Positions 1 through 12,370 of a stretch of DNA of 64,000 nt are shown one piece after another. Source of the DNA: Octopus sinensis. Lineage: Eukaryota. The DNA is taken from contig NC_043014.1 in assembly GCF_006345805.1 (NCBI RefSeq), forward strand, positions 21,700,001 through 21,764,000. The letters are read 5' to 3'. Made by a program: the position numbers and the translations under genes. Every line of letters begins with the position of its first letter. Position 1 is the first letter of the stretch. Under the pieces are notes generated by a model, which saw only the letters and a program-made list of their open reading frames with translations, searched no databases and was not told the DNA's origin.

Positions 1-151
1 ATCCAGATTTATCCATCAGAAGTATTACTGTGGGACTGCTCACACTCAGCAATCCTTGATGTTTCTTACTACCTGAGGACCTGGAACATACCTGAGACGG
101 TTCCCGCTTGGGTAATTTATCCCTGTATACTCATTGTGTGTGTGTGTGTAT

Positions 152-204
<53 letters not shown>

Positions 205-220
205 GTTCAAATTTATAGAA

Positions 221-514
221 ATGGTCAGTGAAGAATATAAAAAATATGGATCACCAAAAGTTTGGACATACTAACTTAAGAGAGAGAGAGAAAAAAAAAA
301 GGAAGAAAGTAAAGAAAGGGGGTTTTATTACAGTTTCTGTCATTTTGGGTTCTTTTTTTTGTCATGTGCAAAAAACTCTGCATGTGATAGAAAAAAGAAC
401 CCAAGATGACAAAAACTAACAAAACCCCTTTTCTTTACTTTCTTTTTCTTCTCTCTTAACTCAGTATTACCTAACTTTTGGTGATCCACATTTTTTTTAT
501 TCTTCGCAGATCAT
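221..514. repeat. Imperfect inverted repeat (~135-nt arms)
   Basis: GAAGAAT...GGATCACCAAAAGTT...AAAGGGG...TTGGGTTCTTTTTT mirrored on the right arm. Confidence 0.8.
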
Positions 515-1468
515 TTTTGATACTGTTGAATTTTGTGAACTCTTTAAACATGTTTTCTACTCTGCAATTAAAATTTTTTTAAAATCCCATACATTTATAC
601 AATTGATAAACAAAATACCATTGATAAACAAAATATTGTTGAAACTAGTTTGGCATGTATATTAATAAATTTATTTAAAACCAATTACAAGCTTTTCAAA
701 TTAAGGTGCATTTTCAATAATAATATTTTTTTCTTGCATGAAAACACACACACACACACACAACAGATTTCTTTCAAATTTCATCTGTCACATCTGGTCA
801 GCCATGGGCTATAGTGGAAGGTACTAACCCAAGGTATCATGCAATGGGACTTAAAACCAAAACCATGTAGTTGTGAGAAAAACTTCTTAACCACATAGAT
901 GACAGTTAAATAATGCCCTACTATCTTATAAAAAGGGACACCCTGGATAATGTATTCCTAGTTTTTCTAATCTTGAGAGAACCACAGGATTATTATAGTT
1001 CAAATGTATTTGATCAAAGTCTGCTGCTCATTTAAACAACATCAACAACTTATATGGAGATTGTAGTATCATGTCTCTATGGCACAGTGAATTATGAGTA
1101 TATTTGCAACTGTCAGTATATATGACTGTATAGGTACAACTGCATATATGTGTATAGGTTTGCATTCAAACATTCTTATGTGTGTACTAATTTCTATACA
1201 TATTTATATATATGCATACACATACAAACATGAATAAGGACACATATGTAAACATAAGTTGATGTGAAGACACACAGACATAAAATATAATGTAGGCATG
1301 TACTTATGTTTATTCACAGATACACACACAGACAAGCAATTTATTTGCACACATGCATTTACTTAACTATAAACATGCACACACACACACATCCATCCAT
1401 GTATTCATACTATATACAATTGTTTGACTGTTTTAACCACCACCACTATTACTATTGTCTATGTCCAG

Positions 1469-1663
1469 CGGAGAGGTCAATGATGTCGATGAGTGCAGAC
1501 AATGCTGAGAGTTGGTCACAAGGTAGTTCAGATTCTGTCATGACCTCCAGTCTGGTGACCCCACGGCGTTCTCGGAGCCTCTATGTACCCTATCGTGATT
1601 CTGTCCTCACCTGGCTTCTCAAAGACAGTTTAGGAGGAAACTCCAAGACGATTATGATCTCAA
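1469..1663 (+). CDS. STARD9: Kinesin-3 (STARD9/KIF16A-like) exon: motor domain loop 12 insertion, helix 5 and beta 8 (first exon in window; gene starts upstream)
   Basis: Translates to ...[33 protein letters not shown], the kinesin [21 protein letters not shown] signature. Flanked by tccag| acceptor and |gtaagc donor, phase 1/1. Confidence 0.93.
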
Positions 1664-3879
1664 GTAAGCCTTACTACTTTTTTGTTTCTTTATATTTTTG
1701 TTTTAGATGTTTTGTGTCCCTATTGGCTAATATGGCCAATGGGTTATGATATTTGTTTTGCAACCACAAGATTTCTGGTTTGATTCTACTGCTTGGTATT
1801 TCGGACAAATATTTTCTATAGCCTTGGGTCTATAGCCTTGGGTCTATAGCCTTGAGAATGAAATTGGCCAACTGTAAAAATCATGCCAAAACAGACAAAT
1901 GGAGTCTGGGCAGATCTCTAGCTGGCCGACTCCTGTCAAACCGTCCAACCTATGCCAGCATGGAAAACGAACATTAAAAGATGATGATGTAAGCTGTATA
2001 GAAGCTCATTAGATAGTACGTACCTGTAATTCAAAGATACAGCCTTGTCACTATGTTATGAGTCTACTTGAGAATTATATTGAGTCCACATATCTGTGGA
2101 ACACTCAGCCACTTAAGTGTTTATGCAATGAGCAAGAAATTCAGTTGATTTAAGAACTGAATACTTATTGAAACTAACATAAATCGGTCCTGCTACTCAT
2201 ATTTTATAACTTAGAAGAGTTGAGACCTCCGTGATTGGGGTGAGCAACAGACTTGGCCCAAATGCTTAACATAGACTGAACTTCACTAAGAACACCCAAG
2301 GTTAAACTGGATAATATTTTATCTCCATATTTAACTCCAGCAGCAAAGCTACCACCACCACCACACCCTATTCACTATAGCTACTTTTATGTACCACTAC
2401 ATCTCTCTGATCACCACTCTTATGCTTTGCTCATCATCCCCTTCTTCCTGATCTATCATCCCTGAGCCACTTCTATCTCTCTCACCTTATCCAATCATGC
2501 TGATATTTCACTTCAACCCACATTTTCACCTCCTGTTCATATCTCACTACAGTCATCTCTACCCTCATCTATAACTATTTGCTACTCTCCCCTCACTCTC
2601 TTATAACTCTCAACCCCTACTTCCCCCTCTCAATACACTGTCCATATCCTTTTTTGCTTTTTGTGGGCTTGCTTTGGCACTGCAATCCTATCACTTTATC
2701 TTCTTCCCAGTTATTCCCACCCTAATATAACATGGAATGCCCATGCACCTCCTCTGTAGCAAAACATCAATACTTCTCCCTCTATCGTACTTTAACCTCC
2801 AAACACCTGGCATAAAACCACCTCTCAAATACTCCTCCTACATAATCTAAGGGATTTTTTCCCCCTTTCCTATTCTTTTCCTTTCTTGCAAGTTACTTGT
2901 TGACCATACTAGTGGCAATTGCAGGAAAAAAGTATTCAGTACACATTGTAAAGTGGGCAGCATTAGGAATGACATCAAACTGTAAAAACCTTGCCAAAGC
3001 TGACAGTGATGCTTGATTCAGTCCTGTGTCCAACCTATGCCAGCATGGAAAACAGGCTTTAACTAATGATGATGATTGCATGTGTCTGTGTAGTCAATTC
3101 AAATAAACGAACAATAAAAGTAACAATAACAGACAACAAGAGGATATGCACAAGGAATGTATTAGTTTTTCAGTAAAAAGAGGGTTTTTGATGTTTTGAG
3201 CATAGCTCTTTGTCAGAAAGGAGAAAGAGAGAAAAGTTCAAAGAAGGGAAAGAAATCACCAATGGTACGTGTGTAGTTATACTGACTCATACACACACAC
3301 ACACGTGTGTGTATATGTGTGTTTGTGTCATCTAACATTTCAGCAAAAAAGAGTCTGATAGAATAAGTACCAGGCTTTAAGAGAAAAAAAAAATTATGTC
3401 AATTCATCTAATTAAAATTCTTCGGGGTGGTGGCCCAGCATAGCTGCAGTCTATTGACTAAAACAAGTAAAGGGTGACATTTTATTTATATTACATTATC
3501 ATCATTATTCAGTGCTATATGATATATTGAGGTTTGCTCTTGGTACGTTACTTTTGTCCCACCCTGTATATTAGCTAAGATTATACTTAGCAACTTGTTG
3601 TCTTGGTCATTATCAACAAAAATATGTTGGTTCATACTTGTGAACTCCTTAACATTGTGTGTCTGTGGGTGCGTGTGTGTATACATATATGTCTGTATCT
3701 GAATATCTCTCTCTCTTTGTGTGTGTGTGTGTGTATATATACACACATATATATATATATACTAGACATAAGTTTCATAAAGTGCAAAGTATAAATATCC
3801 ACACTACGACACTTCAAATGTACCTGTTATAACTCTTTATCTCGATTTGAATGTACATGAAGGTATTTAGAATGCCAAA

Positions 3880-4300
3880 ACTTATTTCTGCAAATGTGCT
3901 AAGCACTGGTGCTGATCATAGTTTAATCAATAAGCATAGGAGTGAGGTAAATGCAGTAAAAATAGGGAGCTCAGTGGGATCCCATTTAAGCAGCCCTTCA
4001 GAAATTGAACTTCCTTAAGATACTCCCTGGGAGTTCATGGTATAAAGTTCATTGTCATTGCTCCGTTTTGGTTTCCAATGCCATGTATTTAGCTTAAAAT
4101 GCAGTAAAAATAGTGGGGGAGGGGGGTCAGTGGGGATCCAATTAGGTAGCCTTTAAAAAAATAGACCCCCTTAGGACATTCCCAAGGATTAGGAGAGTTG
4201 CTGGTTTGAGTTTCGTTGTTCTTGCACCAACAGTCTAGGAGGAGTTAACAAACATAAAAACATAACGGACAGAGAAACATCACTCAATTCTATATAGTAG
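3880..4300 (+). mobile_element. Probable Helitron-type non-autonomous repeat with an internal direct repeat
   Basis: AAATGCAGTAAAAATAG...CAGTGGG(G)ATCC repeated at ~3949 and ~4098; ends ...acataacggacaga...ctatatagtag. Confidence 0.4.
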
Positions 4301-5397
4301 GATATACAGAGAGAGAGAGAAAGAGAAATAACGCACATATCTTTGGTCTACCAAAATATACTTATATGCTTAAGACGTGTGAGTGTATATATTAGCTACA
4401 TTGGAATATAGATATATATTTTAAACATTATATAATTTTGTTGTCATGAAATAAGGTGTGATATACTTATAGTTCATATCAAAGCTGTGCTGGTATAGTA
4501 ATAATTTCTGAATACTTCATGGAACTAAATAACAATATGCCAGTTAGTTTACTTCCTAGCCCCTATGAATTAAGACACAATTCTTACATAACTAAAAGCT
4601 GTTTCTTTGTGGATGTGACAGTGCTAAGTTAAATGAGCTTGGATGAATGCTTCAAAAACATGTAAATCTGAAGTTGCATGGTACAGAAAACATGCCCTCA
4701 CCAACCCACCCTCAGTTTCACTGCATACCAAAGAATATATTTTAATTATAGAAGCTATAGAAATATTCTTTGGAACATAAGATGTTTGAGATTTTAGTTA
4801 TGTTGCTGTTGGTGTAATTGTGTGTATATCTATATATGTATATGTATATAATATGTGCGTGTGTGTGTATAATATGTGTACGTACATACGTATGTGTGTG
4901 TGTTTTTATGTGTATGTAGGTATGTATGCTTATATCTGTATGTATGTATATATATGTATGTGTATATACACATATATATATATATATGAGACACACATAA
5001 ATATACTTAGTACAAGTGTGTGTGTGTGTGTGGTTAACTATGACCACCCACATAACCATTCTAAAATATTCAAAATTCTCTTATTGTCTTTGGTGATTTG
5101 CAAATGAAATAATGGTAGCACTAGGAAATATTTTGAGTTCACTCTCTCTCTCTCTTTTGTACATCCATTACAATCTCAAACATACTTCTTTTGTCTGGCT
5201 TTCTGTATACCCTTGTCTGTCTCTATTACTGCCAACATGTACTGTTATATTACGACACGTAAAACATTTACAGTATTTACTTCAGCTGAATTAGCTTCAG
5301 TAACGGTCAACGGTTAATCCTGGTGGTAAAAGATAACTCATATTATTGGATAATGGTTAGTTACTGCATAAGTACACTGCACTTGGCCCTCTCTCTC

Positions 5398-5445
<48 letters not shown>

Positions 5446-5899
5446 CTCAATATGTGAAACCATTAATCCCAACACATTTTCTCTCTCCATGTTTTCCCTC
5501 ATCCATTTCTGTCACAGTGTGTAGGCTCAAAGTGTCAAAGACTTTTCCATTTTTCTCAAGCATCAAACTAATACACTTGCTAATGCTAATTGTTCCCTCA
5601 CCTATTTGTCTTTTATTTTCTGGACATTTGAACCCTATATATATATATATATATGTATGTATCATAATCCTCATTTAATGTTCATCTTCCATGCTAGCAT
5701 GGGTAGGACGTATGTATATTTAATGTATGTATATATGCGTGTATATATATGTATGTTTGTATTTATTTATTTATTTATATATATGTATGTATTCATATGT
5801 ATGTATTTATATGTTGTGTTTTCTCTTTGTTCATGTTTGGAGTAACTATATATATATAAAATATATTTGTATGTTTATAATGTGTTAATCTTCCAACAG

Positions 5900-5997
5900 C
5901 TATCAGTCCAGCCAGTGCTTACTACAACGAGACAGTCAGTACTCTGAGATATTCACAAAGAGCCAAAAGTATCATCAACAAACCTAAAATTAATGAG
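5900..5997 (+). CDS. STARD9: STARD9-like exon: end of motor domain and neck linker
   Basis: (T)[32 protein letters not shown]; ccaacag| and |gtaagt; phase matches the previous exon. Missed by the ORF track. Confidence 0.95.
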
Positions 5998-6407
5998 GTA
6001 AGTTGTTCTATTCTTATCTAATGATTGGGTGGACTAATCTACCCAGAGCAGTTTTGGGGAACTTTTACCTATATTATGTGATAAATGGGCTAAACTGACC
6101 CATTATTATAATTGATGGTGTAGATGATGTATTCTGAGTACTTGAGTACTTTCTGGATTAACTAACCCACCTGTGTTGGTGACTGTTGGTATAGCCTGAC
6201 CTACCCCAAATTGTTGTTTGAATATTTTGGCATACCTTTAAATAGTTATTACAATAAACCAATCTATTCTGTTTAGTTAATGGAGTAGACTGCCCTATTC
6301 TGAGCAGCTGGTGAGGTAGACTGGTGTAATCTGGGTCGAGAGTAAAATCAATGCTTGTGTGAGTGTGTATGAGTGTTTATATATACTGAGCAAATGAGAA
6401 CATGCAT

Positions 6408-6452
<45 letters not shown>

Positions 6453-6566
6453 TGTCTTGGTTTCTCTTGACTACACAATCTGTGACATGTTTTCTCATTT
6501 GAATTTGCTCCTTTAAGTATATTTTATAAATTTATATTTATAAATATGTTGAGAACTTAATGCAAA

Positions 6567-6763
6567 CAGGGTGGGCCAAAAATCATGCACCAAAACATTT
6601 GACATTTAATTTAAATTACATCATTACTATTATTCATTTGGTTCATTATATATATTCATCATTATTTTATTCATTTTGCTCAAACTTACAAGAATTGAAG
6701 TATGTCTTCAACAATTCCAGAGCATATTGAACGTATTTTGTGTGCACTTTTTGGCCCACCCTA
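6567..6763. mobile_element. Tc1/mariner-like MITE (partial second copy near 51946-52050)
   Basis: TIRs CAGGGTGGGCCAAAA / TTTTGGCCCACCCT followed by TA. Confidence 0.75.
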
Positions 6764-7125
6764 TATCTATATACATTTTTCATTACCGTTCATTATTTAT
6801 ATACATTTTACTTTATTTCATCAGCAAGAAACTTCAAAGTAAAGAATTTTATAAAAGTTGTATGTTTTAAATATAACATATTTTGTGTGTACAGTTAGAT
6901 ATTGGGTTTCGAGATCAATGTAAATTATCCAGTCTGCTTCCAACATAATAGTTTGGTTTTTATTATACTTTATCATATTACTGATGATGATATGCAGAGC
7001 AAATCTAGAAATGACAATAAACACAAGTTTATTTCATTTGTATCCATGAGATAAACTTGTGTCTATCATATAAATTTATAAAATGTTGTATTTTATTATT
7101 ATTGCTTGATATATATATAATATAA

Positions 7126-7338
7126 TATATTAAATTAGAGATAAAACCACTATTAGGCAAATCATACAATGAAAAACTTAAGCCAATACATAAGATTATT
7201 TAATTTATATTATTTAAATATATAACATAATAATTTTGTTATATATTTAAATAATATAAATTAAGTAATCTTATGTATTGGCTTAAGTTTTTCATTGTAT
7301 GATTTGCCTAATAGTGGTTTTATCTCTAATTTAATATA
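7126..7338. repeat. Near-perfect inverted repeat, 102-nt arms, 9-nt loop
   Basis: 7126-7227 is the reverse complement of 7237-7338 with one mismatch seen by eye. Confidence 0.95.
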
Positions 7339-7451
7339 ATATAATATTTTACTATAAAATTGGATTCAATCCTAAATCTGATTTTTCCCTGTAAGTTTGG
7401 ATTTATTCCCTAATATTTATTATAATATAATATATATATATATCATCATCA

Positions 7452-7496
<45 letters not shown>

Positions 7497-7678
7497 GAAC
7501 AGAGGCATTATTAATACTGAAAGGCAATATGTATCCCCAAGAGTGAATTTTGCACCATAAGTCAATGTGAGAGTTTCTCTCATGGCATCTACCTCTGTAT
7601 AGATTGTTCTAACAGAACATGCATGTTTAAGTGGGGATCAATACACACACACACACACTTATATATATAAAGTACATA

Positions 7679-8351
7679 CAGTGGCGCCTCATAGATGAAA
7701 TTAGTGAAGGTGCTGCTTCAGGAAATTTTTAGCTGTTGTTTTAATATTGTGTAAAAGGAAACAAACATATAAAAAGAATATTTATACATAAACTTGATTG
7801 GTTTGCGTTTTAGCCATGACTGGGTAGTGTGTTTAATTTGTTCACTGAACACCGCCATGAATTCCGCTTTGTTTTTAAAAAATCCCCTCTAAATCACAGA
7901 ATAAGGGGGGAAAATCAGCCCTATTTTTCAAATCCTGGCAGTAACACTGTAGTTGGAAGCAGGATAATAATCTAATTCTACACTTTATTACATTCATGAA
8001 TATAAACACGTTTATGCAGAATGAAAAAGAAACACTACCTTTCACCAGCACTACATTAACGATAGTGCTCTGACTCTTTAGCATGAAGCTTCCTATCTCA
8101 GACATGTGAGCGTGCACACAACAGCGAAACACCGCGTTGCTGGAATAGTGAAGCATACTTTACAAGTATTTTTGTATTTTTTTCATAAACTAGAGGATGG
8201 CTACTGACATTAAGCTTAAGGATTATATAATGTACAAGTATAAAGAAATAATTAAAGAAAAAAGGACTCATTATATTGAATGTAATCAAAAATATCGAGT
8301 GGAAATAGGGGGTGCTACAGTTCCACATTGCCTATACACAAGCTGCCACTG
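7679..8351. mobile_element. hAT-like non-autonomous DNA transposon
   Basis: Termini CAGTGGCG / GCTGCCACTG; 8-bp flanks agtacata / tgtaaata (6 of 8 match). Confidence 0.55.
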
Positions 8352-8855
8352 TGTAAATATGAATTTTGTGTAAGTTTGTACACCAGTGATATTGGTCAGG
8401 CTTGCCAAGAACTATTGACAGACTGACATTTATGAATAGTTGAAGTAGACTGCTGCATTAATATGTGTTGTATGTGTGTATGCATGCAATGGTTGTGATA
8501 GGGGTGGCTCTATTACATATATTGTTAGATATATAGTAGATGTATCATACAGTACTAAATGATACGGGTGAGGATACTGATGAATTTGAGGTAATATAAT
8601 AAATCTAGAGGGAACTGTGGTAAGCTTTGAAACATCGTGGTTTGTCTGCTGATGATGAAAACAGTGGGGCTTTAAGTATCATGGTAAGACTGATAGGAAT
8701 CATGACCAATTCTCAAGGAACATCGAGAGGAATCACAGTAAATGTTTGTCTTAGTTCTTTGCTCTTGCTCTCTCCCCTATCTTTGTCTTTCCTTTTATTC
8801 ACTCACTAACATACATCTCTCTCTCTAATATACATTTGTATTATTATCTTTACAG

Positions 8856-8933
8856 GACTCTAATGTGACATTAATTAAAGAGCTGAGGAAAGAAATTGAA
8901 CATCTGAGAGTGATGCTGATCTCAGCACAAACG
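8856..8933 (+). CDS. STARD9: STARD9-like exon: neck coil
   Basis: DSNVTLIKELRKEIEHLRVMLISAQT, kinesin-3 neck coil (D-N---I-EL--EI--L); tttacag| and |gtaagt; phase 0/0. Confidence 0.92.
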
Positions 8934-9707
8934 GTAAGTTAGCCTATACAGGTAGAAATATGTTCTTACTGCACTACTGTCTGCCTGATTGCCTCAAACA
9001 GTTGTGCTCAATATAATCATCTGATCTCATGTACCCTAAATTTGTTGATTTCTACTTATGTTAGAAACCATTATTATTATCATTATTGTTGAACAAATGT
9101 CCTGCAGCAGTTGCTTTGGCTCTTCAAACATTCCTAGTCCAAATCTCACTGATGTCACCTTTATCTTTCATTTTCCCAGTGTTGATAAAATAAAATACCT
9201 GCCAAATACCAATGGGGGGTTGATATTAACTCCCCAACTTCCCTCCCGGTTTGTAGCCTTGTACCAATGTTAGAAATTATCAATTCTCCTCCCCTAGTAG
9301 GGACATTTCCTTTTTTTATTTTATATTTTTTTGTCTTTTTTTTTTATATGATGTAATCCCATACTGTGTTGTAGCTCCTCTTTGTGCTGCCCCCACGTTT
9401 GATATAATACAGAATCAGAAAAGAAGAAGAGTTAACTTGACAATTCTCTTCCCCACAAATTTCTGGCCCTGGGCTTACGTTACAAATAATGATCATTATT
9501 ATTGATTGAAGGACAAAATGCCTTGTGGTATTTAGTTATTTCTCTTTGCATTTTTTTTTAGTTCAAATCTTAAAGAGATCAGCTTTGCATTTCATCCTTC
9601 TGGAGTCAATAAAATAGTGCTGACATCAATTTGAAAATGGCACTGTATCTCTTGCTGAAAATTTGTGATTTTGTGACCTTGTGACTATGCTAGAAATCAT
9701 TATTATT

Positions 9708-9751
<44 letters not shown>

Positions 9752-9884
9752 TATTATCATTATTAAGATGGCAAGCTGGTGGAATCGTTAGCACAGCAGG
9801 GGAAATGCTTTGCAGCATTTTGTCCGTCTTTGTGTTCTGAGTTAAAATTCTGCTGAGGTTGACTTTACCCTTCATCCCTTTTAG

Positions 9885-9988
9885 GGTCGATCTATTGGTC
9901 ACTTTTGCCGAACTGCTAAGTGACCGGGACGTAAACACACCAGCATTGGTTGTCAAGCAATGCTAGAGGGACATACACAGACACACAA

Positions 9989-10071
<83 letters not shown>

Positions 10072-10255
10072 CATACATACATACATATATACGACAGGCT
10101 TCTTTCAGTTTCCATCTACCAAATCCACTCACAAGGCATTGGTCAGCCCGGGGCTATAGCAGAAGACACTTGCCCAAGATGCCACGCAGTGGGACTGAAC
10201 CCGGAACCATGTGGTTGATTAGCAAGCTACTTACCACACAGCCACTCCTGCGCCT
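9885..10255 (-). mobile_element. tRNA-derived SINE family B with internal (TA)n/(CA)n linker (also ~744-897, 21670-22410, 27800-28170, 39080-39445, 61265-61935 on -; 25678-26100 on +)
   Basis: Shared GTGGCTGTGTGGTAAG...CCCAACCACATGGTTCCGGGTTCAGTCCCACTGCGTGGCA-CTTGGGCAAGTGTC head and GGAAACTGAAAGAAGCC body. Confidence 0.88.
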
Positions 10256-10971
10256 CATTCTGAGTTTAAATTCTGCCGAGGTCATCCTTTCAAGGTCGAT
10301 AAAATAAATATGAGCACTGGGGCCAATGTAACCGATTTGGCCCCTTCCCTGAAACTGCTGACTCCGTGCCAAAATTTGAAACTATTATTATTATTATTAA
10401 TATTATTATTATTATTATTATTATTAAGACAACAGCAGATGGAAAGGGGTTAGAATCGGTTGAGCTGTGGATTAAATTTAGTTACATCCCTTGGCTTCTC
10501 TGTTGAAATCCTGGTGGTGCTGATAAAACATTACCAGCTAAGTGCATGCTGAGTAAGATGCTTAGCAGCATTTCATCTATCTTTATGCTCTGAGTTCAAA
10601 TGTTGCAGGGATCGACTTTGCTTTTCATCCTTACAAAGTCAATGAAATAAGTACCAGTCAAGCACTGGGGTCGATGTAATCGACTTAGTCCCACTTCCAA
10701 AATTGCTGGCCTTGTCCCAAAATATGAAATCATCATCATTATTATTATTACTAAGGTGGAAAGCTGGGAGAATTGTTTGCACACCAGGCAAAAAATTAAT
10801 GGCATTTTGTCCATTCTTACGTTCTGAGTTCAAATTCTGCCAAGATTGACTTCGCCTTTCATTCTTTTGGGGTCAATAAATTAAGTACCAGTGGAACACT
10901 GGGGTCGATGTAATCGACTACTACCCTCCCCACAAATTTCAGGCCTTGTGCCTTTATTAGAAAGGATTATT

Positions 10972-11312
10972 ACTACCTCCACTTTAGTGAAGGCAGAGAT
11001 ATTGTTTGCAGTTATGTTTGTCCGTGAACAAGATATCTCTAAAACCGCTGGATAGATTTGGATGAAACTTTCAGGGATGTTTGGCCTCATGACTGGCACA
11101 AACAGATTAGATTTTGGTATCGATCCAGTATTGGACAAGGATTCTGGATTATTTTTTTGGTTTTTTAAACTTAATTTTTGAGAGCAATCAGGTTCATTTT
11201 TAGTTTTCTCACTTGTGAAAGCAGTCGAGTTTATTTCAGATATTCTCATTTTAAAAATCATCTCCATTGAGAGGACGTTGGTGTTGCCTTGTCAGAGGTT
11301 TGCGCTCTTGTT
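10972..11312 (+). mobile_element. Helentron-associated (HINE/DINE-1-like) non-autonomous element
   Basis: tacctcc...tgtttgtccgtgaacaagatatctc...aaaccgctggatagatttggatgaaactttcagg...cagaggtttgcgctc: subterminal inverted cctcc/gagg arrangement typical of this class. Confidence 0.55.
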
Positions 11313-12078
11313 ATTAATACTATTATTATTATTATCAAAATGATGATCTGGACAAAATGCTTCGCAATATTTCATCCATCTTCACACTGAGATCAAATTC
11401 TGCCGAGGTTTGACTTTACCTGTCATCCTTTTGGGGATTGATAAAATAAAATACTAGTCAAACACTGAGGTTTCGACATAACTGACTTGCTTCCTCTCCT
11501 CAAAAATTTCTGACCTTATACCAAAATTAGAAAGAATTAATTTTATTAAGCATGGTGAAATGGGAGAATCATTAGAGTGATAAGAAAAGTACCTTACAGT
11601 ATTTATTCTGGCTCAATACATTCTGGGTTCAAATCTCACCAAGATCAACTTTGCCTTTCATCCATCTCAGTTTGACAAAGAACCAGTCAAGTAATGGGGT
11701 TGATTTAAGTGACTTAACCAGTGCCACATAAAAAGCATTGGTGTCGGTGTTGGTGCCATGTGCACCCAGTACACTCTGTAAAGTGGTTGGCATTAGGAAG
11801 GGCATCTAGCTATAGAAACCAAGCCAAAACAGACGGAAACCTGGTGCGGCTCTTGGCCTTGTTCCTGCCAGCATGGAAATGAACATTAAATGTTGGTGGT
11901 GATGATGATGATGAACCTCTCTCCCAAATTTCGGGCCTATTGCTTCTGTTAGAAACTATTATCATTATTTTTATCATTTGTCTCTATATCACAGTTTATC
12001 ATTCACATTTCTATAGATCCTGAGATAGTTGTCTATAATTACCACTTTCTTTTTTTTTTGTTATTTTTCTTCCTCCAG

Positions 12079-12120
12079 CGGAAACCTGTCCCAGAACCAT
12101 GTCTTGGAGTGAGTGATCTG
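12079..12120 (+). CDS. STARD9: STARD9-like micro-exon (42 nt; alternative in-frame donor after 12108 gives 30 nt)
   Basis: Long pyrimidine tract ending tcctccag|, RKPVPEPCLGVSDL, |gtaaaa; a second donor gga|gtgagt is also phase 0. Confidence 0.65.
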
Positions 12121-12318
12121 GTAAAACTGTTTTGAAGATGATGTTGTTTACTTTTACTTAACCTCATTCTTGCTTCTCTCTTCATCTGTCTTATATCCTT
12201 CTATCTTTTGTTGCCATGGTGAAACTTATCTCTATCTCCTTCCTATATCCCTTCCCCGGCATCTCATTATATACATCCATGTATCTATCTATCTGTCTAT
12301 CTCTGTTTCTTTCTCTCT

Positions 12319-12370
<52 letters not shown>

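Noticed and set aside
9766-9860. tRNA genes at SINE heads
   Set aside because: Only A/B boxes are present; no complete cloverleaf, and each continues into a SINE body.
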